This document shows, piece after piece, positions 55,159 through 64,000 of a DNA stretch of 64,000 bases. The position numbers were made by a program, and so were the translations under genes. This DNA is from Bacteroidota bacterium (GTDB taxonomy: Bacteria; Bacteroidota; Bacteroidia; Chitinophagales; Chitinophagaceae). Within the stretch, counting starts at the first letter, position 1. The number at the start of each line of letters is the position of its first letter. The stretch is from positions 24,394 to 88,393 of the forward strand of contig JABDGS010000001.1 of NCBI GenBank assembly GCA_013285915.1, written 5' to 3'. The notes below the pieces were generated by a model, which saw only the letters and a program-made list of their open reading frames with translations, had not been told where the DNA came from and made no database searches.

Positions 55159-56289
55159 ATGAAAACCTCCCAAACATATTGCCCTAAACTATTAAAATAC
55201 GTTATTGCAGCAATATGCTTTTGTTTACTGACACCGCACGCAATGGCGCAGGATTTGTGCAAGACGTGTAGCGTTGCTCCATTTACATTTACGCCACGAA
55301 GTACTAAGCTAACAAAGCTGGCTAAACAAAGCCTTGACAGTGCTATCAGGCTACTGAAGACAAATCACGGTTGTTCTGTTTTTGTTCGATTTTGTGCGCA
55401 TGAGCATTTTAAAGATGATAAAATTTTTCTCATTGATGAAGAAAGGAGGGTAGCTGTGTTGAAATATTTTACTTCAAATGGAGTTGACGAAACAAGAATT
55501 AACGAAACTGATTATTTAGGTGGTAACGATACTTTCTTTTTATCTATTAAATCGCCACTGGTATTTGACCCGTTGTTTCATCACCCAAATTTTCGCACGG
55601 GTGGTGCAAAAACGGCAATGGCCTTGCCCGATAGTGATGGCGATTGCATTCCCAACCAACTTGATCTTGAACCTAACACTCCGCCCGGTGCGGCAGTAGA
55701 TACCCACGGCCGCGCACTTGACACTGATGGTGATGGTGTGCCAGACTACAAGGATAAAGAAAAACTCACGCAACAAAAATGCTTTCCCGTTGATAGCAAT
55801 GGAGTGGGGGTTTGCCCGAATATAAATTTTCAACCTCCAAAAACGGACTCAGTAACCATTTGCAATTTTGATTCGTGTAACAATAAGGTCAATGTAACTG
55901 TAAAGCTGGAAGGCTTCGATAATTTTAAATTAAGCCCAACAATAATAAAATTGCTTGACAGCGCAGTTTTAATGATACCGAATTATTCACTGTGCAATAT
56001 TAAAATTGTAGGGTACGAATCGACGGCTTCAGACTATCACGAACAGCAATACAGTTGGGACCGGGTTTATGTCGTCCTACGATACCTATTAAAAAGAGGG
56101 GTCAATAAACAGCGTTTAATTTTTAGTTATGATAATGCTGGTATGCCTGGTGTAATAGATATCTTTTCTACAAGTGAAATTGGGCCTTATTTTGTACCGC
56201 CCCCACATGTTAAATACACCAAATTAAAAAATGTAAACTGGGATACTGTTTTTAAAGAGTCTTATGAGCAAATCCAGAACCATCGTTGA
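55159..56289 (+). CDS. Secreted Cys-rich protein with thrombospondin type-3-like Ca-binding repeats flanked by two degenerate OmpA-like regions
   Basis: 376 aa with a signal peptide (LLKYVIAAICFCLLTPHAMAQ). It has DSDGDCIPNQLD and DTDGDGVPDYKD repeats. The start lies 1 nt after the coaD stop. Confidence 0.45.
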   Translation: MKTSQTYCPKLLKYVIAAICFCLLTPHAMAQDLCKTCSVAPFTFTPRSTKLTKLAKQSLDSAIRLLKTNHGCSVFVRFCAHEHFKDDKIFLIDEERRVAVLKYFTSNGVDETRINETDYLGGNDTFFLSIKSPLVFDPLFHHPNFRTGGAKTAMALPDSDGDCIPNQLDLEPNTPPGAAVDTHGRALDTDGDGVPDYKDKEKLTQQKCFPVDSNGVGVCPNINFQPPKTDSVTICNFDSCNNKVNVTVKLEGFDNFKLSPTIIKLLDSAVLMIPNYSLCNIKIVGYESTASDYHEQQYSWDRVYVVLRYLLKRGVNKQRLIFSYDNAGMPGVIDIFSTSEIGPYFVPPPHVKYTKLKNVNWDTVFKESYEQIQNHR

Positions 56290-56298
56290 CGCATCCCT

Positions 56299-57513
56299 TC
56301 ACACCTTTCTCTTCTTAAACACCCTGTAAGCTTCAAAAGCGCTGGCCAGCGTTAATATAGCACCTGCTACAAATGGCGCACCGGGAAAAATAACAGGTGC
56401 CGATGGTTTGGTAAATGCTGCAAACAGCCACGTCATAAACATTGGTCCCACTATGGTGGTTAAACTCATAAGGCTTGTAAGGCCGCCCTGCAACTCACCC
56501 TGCTCATTTGGTGGTACCTGTGTTGAAATAATGCCCTGTATAGCCGGGCCTGCAATACCTCCAAGCGCGTAAGGCACCAAAAAGGCAAACATCATCCATC
56601 CCTTAGTTGCCAAAGCAAATAATATACAGCCAAGGCTGTACATCAGCAATCCCGTGATCACACTTTTATGCTGGCCTAATTTTGGAATAATTATGCGTAT
56701 CAGGCCTCCTTGTACAATTGCTATCATCAAGCCCACAAACCCTAACGAAAACCCCACCATTGCCTTGCTCCATTTAAATTTGTACATGGTAAAATATGTC
56801 CAGGTGCTTTGCACGGCATGCGCACTCAGGTACAGCAAAATAAGCGATGCAAGCAGGCCATAAATGGCAGGATATTTTTTAAAATGTTTAAATGCGCCAA
56901 AAGGGTTTGCCCTTTTCCATTCAAATTTGCGGCGGTTTTCTTTTGCTAACGATTCGGGCAACACAAAATATCCATACAGCCAGTTAAGCATGCACAGCCC
57001 CGCTGATGCGTAAAACGGAACCCGCGTACCTATTTCCCCAAGCACACCACCCAGCAACGGGCCAATTATAAAACCAAGGCCAAACGCTACGCCTACCATA
57101 CCAAAATTTTGGGTACGTTTTTCAGGCGGGCTTACATCGGCTATATAAGCCGAGGCTGTGGTAAAACTAGCGCCTGTTATACCCGCAATTATGCGCCCAA
57201 CAAAAAGCCACCCGATTGTTGGCGCAAAAGCCAGGAACAGGTAATCTATACTAAAACCAAAAAGTGAAAATAATAACACTGGCCTTCTGCCATAGCGGTC
57301 GCTAAGGTTGCCAATTACGGGGCCAAACACAAACTGCATAAACGCATAGGCAAAAGTTAATGCACCATTATATTCTGAGGCAACACTTAAACTGCCGTTT
57401 ACCATTTTCTTTATCAGGTCTGGCAAAACGGGCATAATAATTCCAAATCCTATCGTATCAATTAAAAGTGTAACAAAAATAAATCCTAATGCTGCCTTCG
57501 TATTATTTTTCAT
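56299..57513 (-). CDS. MFS transporter, TCR/Tet (tetracycline-efflux-like) family
   Basis: ORF 56299..57570. The likely start is [31 protein letters not shown] at 57513. It has motif A-like [13 protein letters not shown] and is 12-TM type. Confidence 0.85.
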   Translation of the reverse strand: MKNNTKAALGFIFVTLLIDTIGFGIIMPVLPDLIKKMVNGSLSVASEYNGALTFAYAFMQFVFGPVIGNLSDRYGRRPVLLFSLFGFSIDYLFLAFAPTIGWLFVGRIIAGITGASFTTASAYIADVSPPEKRTQNFGMVGVAFGLGFIIGPLLGGVLGEIGTRVPFYASAGLCMLNWLYGYFVLPESLAKENRRKFEWKRANPFGAFKHFKKYPAIYGLLASLILLYLSAHAVQSTWTYFTMYKFKWSKAMVGFSLGFVGLMIAIVQGGLIRIIIPKLGQHKSVITGLLMYSLGCILFALATKGWMMFAFLVPYALGGIAGPAIQGIISTQVPPNEQGELQGGLTSLMSLTTIVGPMFMTWLFAAFTKPSAPVIFPGAPFVAGAILTLASAFEAYRVFKKRKV

Positions 57514-57880
57514 GCTGCAGGTGTTTGCTGGTAATGAATGTAAAAATGCAATATTCATACTTGATTGCAAATATTGTAACCCTCAGATGTAAACTTTTTA
57601 TCAATTAGATTTGTGTATTAATTACACATTACTTACTTTTAATCCCTGAAATAACATTTGTTTGTTAATCCAAAAAACAGCCTGCTTATATGAAAAAGAT
57701 AAACAGCGGAAAGCTTTGCTGCAACCTGTACATTGGGGAAAACTCTTTCTCATTAAAAAATTGCAGAATATCTAATAATAGCAGCCTGGCGGGATAAATT
57801 GTCAAATAATTCAGGCAAAAACACAAATATCATCCTTTTACAGGCTATTTCTTTCTACATTCGCACACTTTTAAAACTAT

Positions 57881-60800
57881 ATGATTTTGGCGACTGAAAA
57901 ACATATTATAGAACAGGTACCTGTTGAGGCTAACGGCAACGGCATCCTTAACGGCAACCATGTTAACGGTGAAAAACTGGTAAAAACAAGGGCAAAAAAA
58001 GCCGCTAAACCGGCTGAAAAAACTGGAGATGTTGGCACTGAGCCTGTTACCGGTGATAAAAAAACGGCTGCTGTAAAAAAGCAGTCAGAAAAAACTGCCA
58101 AAAAACCTGCTGCAAAAAAATCGGCACCTAAAAAAGCTACAGTACCAAAAAAAGAAAAGAAAACGGCTGGCGTCGCTGAAATCGTTCAAACAGCTGAAGC
58201 ACCTGTAGCTGCAAAAAAAGCACCCGCAAAAAAGACGATTTCAAAAATTGCGCAAATAACATTTCAATTAAAGTTTCATACCAAATTTGGTCAAACATTA
58301 CATATAACAGGCAACCACGAAATTTTTGGCAATACAAATGTTGCTGCAGCGCTGCCGATGCGTTATTTAAACGAGGATTTGTGGACAGTTACTATTGATA
58401 TTGATAAAGCTACCATTCCGGCAGAAGGCATTACTTACAACTACTTTATACGTTATAAAGATGGCACAGTGAGTTTTGACTGGGGCGCTGATAAAGTATT
58501 GCTTGCACCGGCAATAACAACGGCAGAGCTTTTTATTGCAGATGCATGGAATTTTGCAGGTTATTATGAAAATGCATTTTATACTGAGCCTTTTAAGCAC
58601 GTATTACTTAAAAATAATTACACGCCGGTTAAAATAACAGCACCTAAAAATGCAACCCATATATTTAAGGTAAAAGCACCGTTACTTACAAAAGGGCAAA
58701 CACTGTGCATGACCGGCTCGGCAAACGAACTCGGTAACTGGAACCCTGAAAAACTTGTTCTATTAGGCAAGCAACAGGACGAAGATTTTTTTAATGTTAA
58801 GCTGCATCTTTCTGATGCAATAATGCCTGTAATGTATAAATACGCTGTATTTGATATTGAGCAGGGCAAAATTGTGCAGTATGAGGGTGGCAGCAACCGC
58901 ATGCTGTTTAATGCAAGTGCTAAAAACAGGCAAACAGTGGTTAACGATGGCTTTGCTGTATTGCCTAACAATACATGGAGGGGTGCTGGTGTAGCCATAC
59001 CTGTATTTAGCCTGCGTACGGCAAACAGTTGTGGTACCGGTGAATTTACTGATATAAAACTTTTGGTTGACTGGGCTAAGGCCGCCGGTTTAAAGCTTAT
59101 ACAATTATTACCGGTTAACGATACTACTGCAACGCACACGTGGACAGACAGCTACCCGTACGCTGCTATCTCAGCGTTTGCATTGCACCCAATGTACCTG
59201 CATTTAGAAGATGTGGTACAGGCAAAGCATGCACATCTTTTAGCTGGCCTTGATGCGGAAAGAGTGAAATTGAACAGCCTTGCTACCGTTGATTATGAAG
59301 CAGTAAATGCCTTTAAATGGGGCATAGTAAAGCAGGTGTACCCGCTGCAAAAAATAGGCTTGTTCGCATCAGACGATTACCAGCAATTTTTTAAACAGAA
59401 TGAGCATTGGCTGGTGCCTTACGCCGCTTTTTGCTACCTGAGAGATAAACATAACACTGCGGATTTTAATAAATGGCCTGAGCATAATAAATACGATGCT
59501 GTTGCAGTAAAGCCGCTGCTTGACCTTGCCAGCAGCGCGTATGATGAAATTGCCATTCATTTTTTTGTGCAGTACCACCTGCATGTGCAGTTAACGCAGG
59601 CAACACAGTATGCACACACAAATGGCATAATTGTAAAAGGCGATATACCTATTGGTGTTTACCGTTACGGTGCTGATGCATGGCAAAACCCTGAGCTGTA
59701 CCACATGGATATGCAGGCCGGTGCGCCACCGGATGATTTTGCGGTAACGGGGCAAAACTGGAGTTTCCCCACTTATAACTGGGACAAAATGCGTGAAAGC
59801 GGCTTTACCTGGTGGAAACAGCGTTTTGAACAAATGAGCTATTATTTTGACGCATTCCGTATTGACCATATCCTGGGTTTCTTCCGTATTTGGAGCATAC
59901 CGGTACATTCAGTTGAAGGTATAATGGGTCATTTTGAGCCTGCTATACCCGTATACAGGGTTGAGTTTGATGAAAAGGGTATTTGGTTTGACTATAACAG
60001 GTACTGTAAACCATACATTACGGACCAGGTGCTGCGCGAGGTTTTTGGCAATAGGCAGGATGAAGTTAAAAATACCTTCCTTACCCACGATGGCGCCGGC
60101 AGCTATGAGTTGAAACCTGAGTTTGACACACAGCGGAAAATAGAATTATATTTTAGCGCCGCAGAAGATACAGCGCATAACCAATGGCTTAAACAGGCTT
60201 TGTTTAATATGATATCAAACGTGATATTATTTGAAGTTGAAGGCTCAAAAGGCCGCCAATTCCACTTCAGGTTTGGGGCAGAGGGCACATCATCATTCAA
60301 AAACCTTGATGGCCATACGCAGCACCAGCTTAGCGGGCTTTATGTAAATTATTTCTTCAGGCGGCAGGATGATTTTTGGAAACAAAAAGCCCTGCAAACT
60401 TTGCCCGACCTAAAGCGCGTTACCAATATGCTTGTTTGCGGCGAAGACCTGGGCCTGGTACCAGCTTGTGTGCCTGATGTAATGAAGCAGCTCGGTTTGC
60501 TTAGCCTTGAAATTCAGAGAATGCCAAAGGACTCAAAACGCAGTTTTTTTCACCCGGCAGATGCACCTTACATGAGTGTTGTTACACCATCAACACACGA
60601 TATGAGCACCATCCGCGGCTGGTGGGAAGAAGACCGTAATAAAACGCAGCAATTTTATAACTACGAGCTTGGCCAGTGGGGCGACGCACCGCATTTTTGC
60701 GAGGCATGGATAAATAATGCTATTGTTGTGCAGCACCTGCATTCACCCGCAATGTGGAGCATTTTTCAAATGCAGGATATTTTAGGTACTGACAAAGAAA

Positions 60801-60958
60801 TACGCAGGGAAAATCCGCATGATGAGCGTATTAATGTGCCTGCTATACCAAAATATTACTGGCGTTACCGCATGCATATACCGCTTGAGCAACTGTTGGA
60901 AGCAACCAATTTCAATACGGCATTGTACAATAACATTAAAGCCAGCGGAAGGATATGA
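57881..60958 (+). CDS. malQ: 4-alpha-glucanotransferase (GH77) with tandem starch-binding (CBM20-like) modules and a Lys/Ala/Pro-rich N-terminal extension
   Basis: 1025 aa. The GH77 core has VKGDIPIGV, FRIDHILGFFRIW and CGEDLG. Upstream of the core are ITFQLKFHTKFGQTLHITGN and a second CBM-like block. Residues ~30-125 are KKAAKPAEK/KKPAAKKSAPKK repeats. Confidence 0.85.
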   Translation: MILATEKHIIEQVPVEANGNGILNGNHVNGEKLVKTRAKKAAKPAEKTGDVGTEPVTGDKKTAAVKKQSEKTAKKPAAKKSAPKKATVPKKEKKTAGVAEIVQTAEAPVAAKKAPAKKTISKIAQITFQLKFHTKFGQTLHITGNHEIFGNTNVAAALPMRYLNEDLWTVTIDIDKATIPAEGITYNYFIRYKDGTVSFDWGADKVLLAPAITTAELFIADAWNFAGYYENAFYTEPFKHVLLKNNYTPVKITAPKNATHIFKVKAPLLTKGQTLCMTGSANELGNWNPEKLVLLGKQQDEDFFNVKLHLSDAIMPVMYKYAVFDIEQGKIVQYEGGSNRMLFNASAKNRQTVVNDGFAVLPNNTWRGAGVAIPVFSLRTANSCGTGEFTDIKLLVDWAKAAGLKLIQLLPVNDTTATHTWTDSYPYAAISAFALHPMYLHLEDVVQAKHAHLLAGLDAERVKLNSLATVDYEAVNAFKWGIVKQVYPLQKIGLFASDDYQQFFKQNEHWLVPYAAFCYLRDKHNTADFNKWPEHNKYDAVAVKPLLDLASSAYDEIAIHFFVQYHLHVQLTQATQYAHTNGIIVKGDIPIGVYRYGADAWQNPELYHMDMQAGAPPDDFAVTGQNWSFPTYNWDKMRESGFTWWKQRFEQMSYYFDAFRIDHILGFFRIWSIPVHSVEGIMGHFEPAIPVYRVEFDEKGIWFDYNRYCKPYITDQVLREVFGNRQDEVKNTFLTHDGAGSYELKPEFDTQRKIELYFSAAEDTAHNQWLKQALFNMISNVILFEVEGSKGRQFHFRFGAEGTSSFKNLDGHTQHQLSGLYVNYFFRRQDDFWKQKALQTLPDLKRVTNMLVCGEDLGLVPACVPDVMKQLGLLSLEIQRMPKDSKRSFFHPADAPYMSVVTPSTHDMSTIRGWWEEDRNKTQQFYNYELGQWGDAPHFCEAWINNAIVVQHLHSPAMWSIFQMQDILGTDKEIRRENPHDERINVPAIPKYYWRYRMHIPLEQLLEATNFNTALYNNIKASGRI

Positions 60959-61005
60959 ACGTGAATCGTCAATCGTGAAACGTCAATCATAAAACCAGCC
61001 GCTAC

Positions 61006-61047
61006 AGACCTTTAAGGTTTTTTTGAGAAACCTTCAAGGTCTTTTTT
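61006..61047. terminator. Pair of mutually inverted hairpins with T-runs between convergent genes
   Basis: agacctttaaggttttttt is followed by gagaaaccttcaaggtctttttt. Confidence 0.65.
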
Positions 61048-61087
61048 ATGCTTCACATATTGGCGTTAGTGTTCCTGGTTAATATTG

Positions 61088-61570
61088 TTATTTCATTTTA
61101 ACCGGCCTGAGCAGCGTTGAAAACGTAAGTGAGCCCATCTTCCATTTACCATCCTCTTTAAGATAAACTTCAGTTACCATAAACGCATGGGTTACTTCGT
61201 TTCCTCCTACTACTGCCAGCAGATCGATATCATTTAAAAGGATGGCGGTATTACCGAAAATGTTTACTGACGCGCCATAAACCTCAGCTTTCTTATACCA
61301 GATCATCCCACCTTTTATTGTATTTAGTTCCTGCGCCTTTCCCCAGCTTCCGCCCATGTGAACAAATACACAGTTTTCGGTAAACAGCCCGTTTAAAGTA
61401 TCTACGCTTTTATTTGACATCCACTGCCATTTGGCTTTAGAGAGATCAAGGAGATCCTGTTCATCTTTGGTGAAAGTTGTAGTTGCTGATGTGCCTGGCA
61501 GTTTAGCCTGGGCATGCGATAGTTGCAAACTTGCAAAAAGCAGCAATAACGCTGCAAAAGCTATTTTCAT
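61088..61570 (-). CDS. NTF2-like (DUF4440/SnoaL-like) protein with signal peptide
   Basis: 160 aa starting MKIAFAALLLLFASLQLSHAQ. The size and pattern (WQWMSNKSVDTLNGLFTENCVFVHMGG) match the NTF2 superfamily. Confidence 0.55.
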   Translation of the reverse strand: MKIAFAALLLLFASLQLSHAQAKLPGTSATTTFTKDEQDLLDLSKAKWQWMSNKSVDTLNGLFTENCVFVHMGGSWGKAQELNTIKGGMIWYKKAEVYGASVNIFGNTAILLNDIDLLAVVGGNEVTHAFMVTEVYLKEDGKWKMGSLTFSTLLRPVKMK

Positions 61571-61655
61571 GATTATTATTGGTTTATTTGTTAGAAATTA
61601 ATTTTTACTGTTATACCCTTCACCAGTTACTCTTTGTAACCAAATAGCGGGTGAT

Positions 61656-62540
<885 letters not shown>

Positions 62541-62659
62541 TTATCAGCCCGGCTTGTATACAGGTTACGGTTCTACTTACCAATATTGCTGATTTGCGCT
62601 AATGCGTTTCGTAACCCCGGGAATAAACCGGTAATTTTGATTACATCAACGATAGTTAT

Positions 62660-63556
62660 ATGGATAACCTGCGGCGATTTGAAACAATAAATGATTACAA
62701 CGCATTCAATAACAATGAAACGTTGCATCCCCTTGTTAGTGTGATAGACTTTTCGAAGGCAGCACCCAGGCAAGGTTCCAAAATGTATTTTGGATTTTAC
62801 ACCATAATATTAAAGGACGTGATCTGTGGCGATTTGGTGTATGGCCGGAATACGTACGATTACCAGGAAGGTACGCTTGTGTTTATAGCGCCAGGCCAGG
62901 TGGCGGGGACGAACAGCAACGGAGAGACTTACCAGCCCAAAGGGTATGGATTGGTTTTTCATGCTGATTTAATACATGGTACACCACTTGGACGGCACGT
63001 ACAGGACTATACTTTTTTCAGCTATCAATCTAATGAAGCACTTCATTTGTCAGAACGCGAAAGGAAAATTATTTTAGATTGTTTTTCAAAAATTGAATAC
63101 GAGCTGGAACATGCTATTGACAAGCATAGCAAGAAGCTGATCGTATCTAATATAGAATTGTTTCTTAATTATTGCCTGCGTTTTTATGACCGTCAATTTA
63201 TTACGCGTGATAAAGTCCACAAGGGCATTTTAGAAAGGTTTGAAACTTTATTGAACGACTATTTTGAAACGGACAAAGCACATACTATTGGGCTGCCTTC
63301 TGTATCGTATTGTGCAGCTGAGTTGAATTTATCAGCAGGTTATTTTGGCGACCTTATAAAAAAAGAAACCGGCAAAACAGCGCAGGACTATATTCAGTCG
63401 AAAGTGATTGACCTGGCCAAAGAAAGAATATTTGACCAAAATAAATCAGTAAGCCAAATCGCTTACGAATTGGGATTTAAATACCCGCAGCATTTTACGC
63501 GTTTGTTTAAACAACGCGTAGGGCAGTCACCCAATGACTACAGGGTGCTGAATTAA
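62660..63556 (+). CDS. AraC-family transcriptional regulator
   Basis: 298 aa. The C-terminal double HTH reads AELNLSAGYFGDLIKKETGKTAQDYI...IAYELGFKYPQHFTRLFKQRVGQSPNDYR. It is divergent from the AKR gene. Confidence 0.88.
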   Translation: MDNLRRFETINDYNAFNNNETLHPLVSVIDFSKAAPRQGSKMYFGFYTIILKDVICGDLVYGRNTYDYQEGTLVFIAPGQVAGTNSNGETYQPKGYGLVFHADLIHGTPLGRHVQDYTFFSYQSNEALHLSERERKIILDCFSKIEYELEHAIDKHSKKLIVSNIELFLNYCLRFYDRQFITRDKVHKGILERFETLLNDYFETDKAHTIGLPSVSYCAAELNLSAGYFGDLIKKETGKTAQDYIQSKVIDLAKERIFDQNKSVSQIAYELGFKYPQHFTRLFKQRVGQSPNDYRVLN

Positions 63557-63780
63557 AGTGCGTCGCGACGATCAACCCTATGTTGTATTATAATGCAACA
63601 TTCAGCCAAATAATGCCGCAAGCTTTTCGCAAAGTGCAAAAATTTTATGCCTTTCATCAAGCCCTGCTGCCTGTCGTCTTATATCCCTCCTATTTCGGGG
63701 GCTGTATTCTGCCTTTCATCCAAACAGGCGTTAGTTAATTTTTTTTAACATTTACCTTTCTAACCTTAAAAAATCTCACC

Positions 63781-64000
63781 ATGCACCGTTTTCTTATTGT
63801 ATCTCTATTCACCTTCATTATTGCAGGCAGCCATGCCCAAAGCCTGTACATGCCCCGCAATATTACCAATGCCTTTAAAAAAGGTACCCGTTCAGCTGAT
63901 GGTAACCCTGGCCCAAAATATTGGCAAAACCATGGTACCTATAATATTACCGTTACTGCAATGCCCCCCGACCGGCATATTACCGGCACTGAACAAATAA
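63781..64000 (+). CDS. M1-family metallopeptidase-like secreted protein, N-terminal fragment (runs off the right edge)
   Basis: Absent from the ORF track. The ATG at 63781 gives MHRFLIVSLFTFIIAGSHAQSLYMPRNITNAFKKGTRSADGNPGPKYWQNHGTYNITVTAMPPDRHITGTEQI, with no stop to the window end. It has a signal peptide and an N-terminus reminiscent of Bacteroidota M1 aminopeptidase-like proteins. The track ORF 63797..64000 is in a different frame and looks spurious. Confidence 0.5.
   Translation, partial: MHRFLIVSLFTFIIAGSHAQSLYMPRNITNAFKKGTRSADGNPGPKYWQNHGTYNITVTAMPPDRHITGTEQI

Noticed and set aside
57690-57797. 35-codon ORF (MKKINSGKLCCNLYIGENSFSLKNCRISNNSSLAG) upstream of malQ as a leader peptide or small protein
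   Set aside because: It has no ribosome-binding context and nothing I can use to judge conservation. Its composition is consistent with chance in AT-rich intergenic DNA.
63797-64000. Track ORF 63797..64000 (+)
   Set aside because: It is in a different frame from the ATG-63781 ORF, which has a proper signal peptide and an M1-peptidase-like N-terminus. The track ORF has an implausible Pro/Cys-rich sequence.

Overview
This is a 64-kb chromosomal window from a Bacteroidota genome. The phylum call rests on the SprA T9SS/gliding translocon, a propeller+Y_Y_Y sensor kinase, a MoxR-DUF58-BatA operon and exported TldD/PmbA proteins. A Sphingobacteriia/Chitinophagia-like origin is only a guess. I support about 47 protein-coding genes, two of them partial at the window edges and absent from the ORF track. 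I recognised no rRNA, tRNA, CRISPR array, transposase or integrase. Housekeeping genes (pruA, prfB with its programmed +1 frameshift, fabH, ruvA, sprA, pyrR, pyrB, coaD, malQ, Mla-like ABC system) alternate with accessory genes (GH127, GH95, FtsX permease, MFS efflux, AKR/AraC). The best candidates for something undescribed are these. (1) An adjacent gene pair at 27700-29976: a class-I isoprenoid-synthase-like protein (DDxxD plus an ND..D...D motif) next to a helical protein with a class-II-cyclase-like DxDDT motif, downstream of a propeller-phosphoesterase fusion. (2) A signal-less clostripain (C11)-like protease with a Pro-rich N-terminus, paired with an unknown 143-aa protein and wedged head-to-head against a two-component system (18737-24558). 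(3) An unusually rich set of structured intergenic repeats: mirror-symmetric hairpin-module composites, a four-hairpin array, GC-rich hairpins that inflate ORF ends, a dispersed gtgttgaatattga family, and tandem short-word repeats abutting start and stop codons. (4) The tightly coupled MoxR/DUF58/BatA cluster with two large uncharacterised membrane proteins, interrupted by a GH127 gene. All functional calls come from motif and family recognition by eye; no searches were run.
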